From the NCBI GenBank assembly GCA_963827655.1, contig CAWHCF010000036.1, positions 232,827 through 296,826 of the forward strand: DNA of 64,000 nt, read 5' to 3'. Shown one piece after another: positions 59,664 to 64,000 of the stretch. Positions within the stretch are counted from its first letter, which is position 1. Each line of letters begins with the position of its first letter. This DNA comes from an uncultured Acidobacteriota bacterium (lineage in GTDB: Bacteria; Acidobacteriota; UBA6911). Position numbers and translations under genes: made by a program. The notes beneath the pieces are model-generated. The model searched no databases and was not told the origin of the DNA. It saw nothing but the letters and a program-made list of their open reading frames with translations.

Positions 59664-61088
59664 TCACATCGTCCATGTTTTGACCTGGGCGGGCCCGGGC
59701 TCTGACGTGTAGTAGGCAATTCGTTTGATATTCAGCAGATGGGTGTATGTCACGCTATCGGTCGTGGAGTTGCCGCCCCATGTCCCACAGCCCAGCGTCA
59801 ACGACGGCAGCAACCCAGTCGTCAGCCCGGTCAGACCCTGCGTGCCCGGCGAATTCACCAGGATGCGGCTGGCTGGCATCGACGCCGCGAAGCGCTCACT
59901 GAGCTTGGTGTTGCGAGTGTGGATGATCGCCGTGTGACCCATCCCGTCAATCGCAAGCAGCGCGCGGCAAACGCGGAGTCCTTCGTCCGCGTCGTTGACT
60001 GTGAAAAGGCTGAGCACCGGCGCCAGCTTCTCGGCCGCCAGCGCATTCTCCGCAACCACGTCCTCGCTCGGGATCACCAGCAATCGGATCGGGTAGGGAC
60101 GCCGGATCTGCGCCAGCGAGGCCACAGTCGTGGCATCCTGGCCGATAACCGACCGTATAAGGCGATGCGTTTGTGGATCGACCGCCGCATCTCGAAAGCG
60201 CTCGGCCTCCTCTGCACTCAACACCGCGGCGCCCTGAACCTCCAGTTCCTTGAACAAGGCTGGGCGGACACTCGCCTCGACCACCAGGTGATTTTCAGCC
60301 CCACAGATCAGCCCGTTGTCGAACGGTTTACTGTACACGACGCTGCGTGCGGCGTGGTCCAGATCGGCGTCGGCGCTGATCAGCACCGGAGCGTTGCCGG
60401 GCCCGACGCCAATCGCCGGCGTGCCCGAACTGTAGGCAGCCTTGACCATCGCCTGGCCGCCGGTCGCCAGCACAAGTCCGACCCCTGGGTGACTCATCAA
60501 AGCCGCAGTGGTGCCGCGACTGCTGCCGCCGCCCAGCCACTGCACCAAATCCGCGGGCGCGCCATGCGCACTCAGCACCTCCTGGATCAGTGCGCCCACC
60601 CGCTGCGAAACCTGCACCGCACGGTGGCTGGGGCTGAGAATCAGCGCGTTGCGACCTTTGAGAGCGATCAACGTCTTGAAGATAAAGGTCGCCACCGGAT
60701 GGGTGGCGGGGATGAGCCCGACGACGATGCCAACCGGGCTCGCGATCTCAGCGAGCTGGCGCCGACTGTCAAAACTGATTTCGCCATGCCCGATTCGACC
60801 GGCCAACTGCTGGTAAATCCCGAGGCTGGCAATGCGGTTTTTGAGCGTCTTATCCCGGACATTGCCCATGCCGGTCTCGGCGACCGTATCTACGGCGAAT
60901 CCTTCGGCGTGGTCGCTGACGACCTGGGCCAGCGCCTGCAGGAGAACGTCGATTCGCGTCTCGGTCCAACTCTCGATCAGCGGCCATGCCGCCTGCGCTC
61001 GCTCGATCAGTTCTCCGACAACCGGGTCGGCCTGTGGTGGCTGATCGGTAAGGCGGCGGATTTGGTGTTGTGCTTGGGCGCCGATCAT
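59664..61088 (-). CDS. CoA-acylating aldehyde dehydrogenase (AdhE-N/EutE-like)
   Basis: ETGMGN, IPATHP, LATGG, GVGPGN, FDNGLICGAE, EKLAPVL, GHTA, PSLTLGCGTWGGNS. Confidence 0.93.
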   Translation of the reverse strand: MIGAQAQHQIRRLTDQPPQADPVVGELIERAQAAWPLIESWTETRIDVLLQALAQVVSDHAEGFAVDTVAETGMGNVRDKTLKNRIASLGIYQQLAGRIGHGEISFDSRRQLAEIASPVGIVVGLIPATHPVATFIFKTLIALKGRNALILSPSHRAVQVSQRVGALIQEVLSAHGAPADLVQWLGGGSSRGTTAALMSHPGVGLVLATGGQAMVKAAYSSGTPAIGVGPGNAPVLISADADLDHAARSVVYSKPFDNGLICGAENHLVVEASVRPALFKELEVQGAAVLSAEEAERFRDAAVDPQTHRLIRSVIGQDATTVASLAQIRRPYPIRLLVIPSEDVVAENALAAEKLAPVLSLFTVNDADEGLRVCRALLAIDGMGHTAIIHTRNTKLSERFAASMPASRILVNSPGTQGLTGLTTGLLPSLTLGCGTWGGNSTTDSVTYTHLLNIKRIAYYTSEPGPAQVKTWTM

Positions 61089-61238
61089 TTGGTTACTCCT
61101 CTACACTCTCGGGTGGCCGCTCGATCAAATCAGGGCGGAGGGAGTTCTTCGGTACGCAGCGATTTCAATGCATGTTAAGGTTCACGGCATTCGATTCGTT
61201 CAACGTGCATCGTCATCGGACCTCCCAGTTCACCCGTC

Positions 61239-61271
61239 TCGGAGACCAAACCTGGCGGGTTTGGTCTCCGA
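61239..61271. repeat. 14-bp-stem hairpin between adh and aldehyde dehydrogenase
   Basis: TCGGAGACCAAACC-TGGCG-GGTTTGGTCTCCGA. Confidence 0.6.
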
Positions 61272-61388
61272 TTGCGCTTCTCGGGGAACGTCCTACGTCG
61301 GCTTCTGACTGACTAGCGGACCAGGTGCCCCGATCCTCTGGACTTCAATCCGGGGCGGGAGACCTCATCCTTAATACGATCTGGAGAT

Positions 61389-62447
61389 TCAAGCCGCTTT
61401 CCATTCGTTGATTACGCTGAATCCGAGAGTGCTGTAATCCGTCATGTCGTTGAGCACTTTTCCGGCATCAGCTACCGGAATAGCGGACTCTACGAGCCGC
61501 GCAGGCTGCAGTTTGCCGGCTGCGACCATGGATAACATTCCGGTATAGCTTGACATCGGGCAACCTAGACTGCCCACGATTCGCAGCTCCTTAAAGACGA
61601 CGAGGTCCATCGGCATCGGAATCACTCCGGCCTCTTCCGGGCCAGTAAGTCCAAGTTGCACGTGTCTTCCATACTTGCCGAGCGACTGCAGTGCAGGAAG
61701 AGTGGTTTTGATTGATCCGAGTGCATCCACTGTCACCGCCGCCCCCCCTCCGGTTATCTCGAGTATGTGGGCGGGTGCGTCCGCGTCTGCCTTGATCGTC
61801 ACCTCGGCTCCCTCCTGCCGGGCTTTCGCGAGTTTTTCCTCGCTGCGGCCCACTGCAATCACACGCGCGCCTACCGCAACGCCGATTTGAACCGCAGATA
61901 GGCCGACGCCTCCGATGCCGAAGATTGCAATCCATTCTCCCGGTCGCACCGCGGCCTGGTCCACAATGCCGTGGTACGATGTCATGAACCGGCAGCCGAG
62001 CGCCGCGGCCGTGAACGAGTCCACCTCCTCAGGGAGTCGAACCAGAGTGGAATCGGCGCTCGGAACTCTTACCAAATTTCCGTAGCCGCCGTCGTGGTGG
62101 AATCCAATGACGCCGTAGGCCAGACACAGATTGGAGAGGCCGGACCGGCAGTGCCTGCAATGACCGCAGCCGAGATGGAATGGTACCGTCACGCGATCAC
62201 CCACCCGGAAGCTCTTTACGTCGCGGCCTACCTCCACGATCTTGCCTCCGAATTCGTGGCCGGGCACGCGGGGGAGAGTTGCCTCGATCCCCAGCCAGGT
62301 CCAGTGGTGCTGCCACAGGTGCCAATCGCTGCGGCAAATTCCACATGCCTCGGTTTGGATGATGGCATCCTCGACTCCGGGCGCCGGGTCTGGAAGCTCC
62401 TGAACTTCCAACGGCTGATTGTATTGGGTAATCAAAGCAGCTCGCAT
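61389..62447 (-). CDS. Zinc-dependent alcohol dehydrogenase
   Basis: GICRSD, PGHE, CGHCRHC..NLC, LGCRFMT, GIGGVG; AAAGGAGG RBS. Confidence 0.94.
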   Translation of the reverse strand: MRAALITQYNQPLEVQELPDPAPGVEDAIIQTEACGICRSDWHLWQHHWTWLGIEATLPRVPGHEFGGKIVEVGRDVKSFRVGDRVTVPFHLGCGHCRHCRSGLSNLCLAYGVIGFHHDGGYGNLVRVPSADSTLVRLPEEVDSFTAAALGCRFMTSYHGIVDQAAVRPGEWIAIFGIGGVGLSAVQIGVAVGARVIAVGRSEEKLAKARQEGAEVTIKADADAPAHILEITGGGAAVTVDALGSIKTTLPALQSLGKYGRHVQLGLTGPEEAGVIPMPMDLVVFKELRIVGSLGCPMSSYTGMLSMVAAGKLQPARLVESAIPVADAGKVLNDMTDYSTLGFSVINEWKAA

Positions 62448-62597
62448 GGTGCCTCCTTTGAGGTCCTTTCGATGTGACGCGCGGGTTTGGGTTCGTACCC
62501 TGCCGGCAAATGAGTGGCCCGGGCCTGGTCCAGTTGCAGGTCACGGCTGGCCCCCCGGCGAGCTGTCACTTGTTTGTATCGGCGCGTCTTTGCATCT

Positions 62598-62614
62598 TGC
62601 GTCGCCTGTGCCAA
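62598..62614 (-). promoter_or_regulatory. Possible sigma54 promoter for adh
   Basis: TTGGCACAGGCGACGCA with GG-N10-GC spacing; the -12 element is imperfect. Confidence 0.5.
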
Positions 62615-62902
62615 GCGGGCGGCAACTATGGGAATTCCTTCGATGCTGATCATTCCGCTACTCCTTTGCATTTGTCGGGTGGCTGCTCGATCAGAGCAGG
62701 ACCGAGTGAGTTCCCTGAACCTGGTGTGACAATGTCAATGCACGTAGGTTCACGACATTCGACTCGTTCAATGTGCGTCGTCATCTGCTCTCTCCAGTTC
62801 GGCTTTCGTTAGTGCACGAACGAAGCCAACCCTGCACAAAAGAGAAACTCACGGGAACTCAAGTGGTTGAAGGAAGGGGCCCTCGACGATCCGGCTGGTC
62901 AA

Positions 62903-62937
62903 TACTGACATTTCAGCAAAGTGCTGAAATGTCAGTA
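62903..62937. promoter_or_regulatory. Perfect 16-bp inverted repeat (operator/enhancer candidate)
   Basis: TACTGACATTTCAGCA-AAG-TGCTGAAATGTCAGTA; no U-tract on either side. Confidence 0.5.
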
Positions 62938-63107
62938 GGCGATCGGCAGAAACGTAACAATAGCGAAGCCGACCAGGCTGGGCGTGCCGCCGGGCGCGCG
63001 AGCGCAAGGGAGACATCCCCCTGCTGGCAGCGTATTCGTGCGGAAATTCTCGCAGCACATGCGGAAGCGGGGTTAAGCGATAGTCCGTATGTTCAACAGC
63101 GCTGCCG

Positions 63108-63479
63108 TCAGGAGCCTGGCTGGCTTTGGACAGTAAACGGATCGCCGATAACAAGACGCCAGGTGCCATCCGGCTGCCGCCGAAAAACCTCAACGGCATG
63201 TCCAGACATCTCCTGACCCGACGTAGTCTTCCACTCGTTGTGGACAAGGGCGATATCGCCCGCCTGCACGATTTTCCTCGGGTTGAATTTGAAGTTCGCC
63301 CTCAAGGCCGCGAACGGCGCCAATTCCTGCCGAATGGCTTCAAGCCCGACTTTCACTTCTCCGTCACGATTGGCGAAGACTGCGCCCGGCTCGTAGAGTT
63401 CGAGCGCGGCGTCGATATCACCCTTGCGGATGTGCTCCGGGAACAACTGATGGAACTCTTGGACGGTCTTGGCCGGCAT
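63108..63479 (-). CDS. NTF2-like/YybH (DUF4440) protein
   Basis: GGAGGAAAG RBS; GDIDAALELYEPGAVF, G.EAIR, EVFRRQPDGTWRLVIGDP. Confidence 0.88.
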   Translation of the reverse strand: MPAKTVQEFHQLFPEHIRKGDIDAALELYEPGAVFANRDGEVKVGLEAIRQELAPFAALRANFKFNPRKIVQAGDIALVHNEWKTTSGQEMSGHAVEVFRRQPDGTWRLVIGDPFTVQSQPGS

Positions 63480-63639
63480 CTGTTCTTTCCTCCTTCCGTT
63501 GCACCTTGACGACGGCGCCATGCTACGGAGGCGGTCCGGCCGGTGTCAAGCAACGAACGCCATCGTGTGCGCGCGAACCTCAGGTTCGTCACATGGAAAG
63601 AAGCGACCAAGGGCAAATCGGCGTTGATAGCTTTAATAT

Positions 63640-63693
63640 TTGTTCCTCGCCTCGGATGCGTCGGTCTACATCACCGGCGTGAACATTCCAGTC
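63640..63693 (+). pseudogene. C-terminal stub of an SDR oxidoreductase
   Basis: LFLASDASVYITGVNIPV with no upstream gene body. Confidence 0.55.
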
Positions 63694-64000
63694 CGGGCTA
63701 GGTCCTTTTGGGCCCGGCTACCGTTCTAATTCACGAACCCTCAGTCGCGCGTTTCTTCCACAAAAGGCTTGACACGGGGTGGACTCGAATGCTCCATCGG
63801 CCGACTACGCGGCTGCGCGAACGATCGGTCTGCGAACCAATCCGGATCGGCAGGCTCTCGACGCGTCAGGCTCGCGGGAGCTCTACATGTGGTCTGACGA
63901 ACTCGGCTACGCGCGGTCGGAGTTCCACATCACGGTGAACCGCATCACCCTCCCCGACGACCGTCGGCCGGTGGTGGAGTATTTTTCACGGCCGACCTCG

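Noticed and set aside
63795-64000. Open frame running off the right edge (ADYAAARTIGLR...ELYMWSDELGY...)
   Set aside because: Looks coding but has no clear start or recognisable family; it cannot be supported from this window alone.

Overview
GC-rich bacterial DNA whose gene repertoire suggests Acidobacteriota (inference): carboxypeptidase-regulatory-domain TonB receptor, ECF sigma/Ser-Thr kinase pair, PadR/permease pair, CehA/McbA and M81 hydrolases. 1-21 kb holds nutrient-scavenging genes (hydrolases, SSS transporter, TonB receptor, alkaline phosphatase) and an ORF-less group II intron. 21-44 kb is a heavily scarred accessory region with an integron-type cassette, a tRNA-Gln 3' att-like fragment, a B3-E metallo-beta-lactamase, two back-to-back integrase tails, a MITE, many gene stubs and a Rad50/RloC-like ATPase coupled to a small HEPN-like protein (candidate defence system). 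45-51 kb encodes a hybrid sensor kinase and a REC-adenylate cyclase. 52-59 kb is a four-gene, 38-heme porin-cytochrome operon: OmcA/MtrC-like decaheme; ImcH/NapC-like quinol dehydrogenase fused to four c7 domains (18 hemes); MtrA/DmsE decaheme; MtrB-like porin. Alcohol and CoA-acylating aldehyde dehydrogenase genes lie upstream of it. About nine single-base frameshifts, several in homopolymers, suggest long-read errors. No rRNA, intact tRNA or CRISPR array was seen. All family assignments come from motif recognition, not from database searches.
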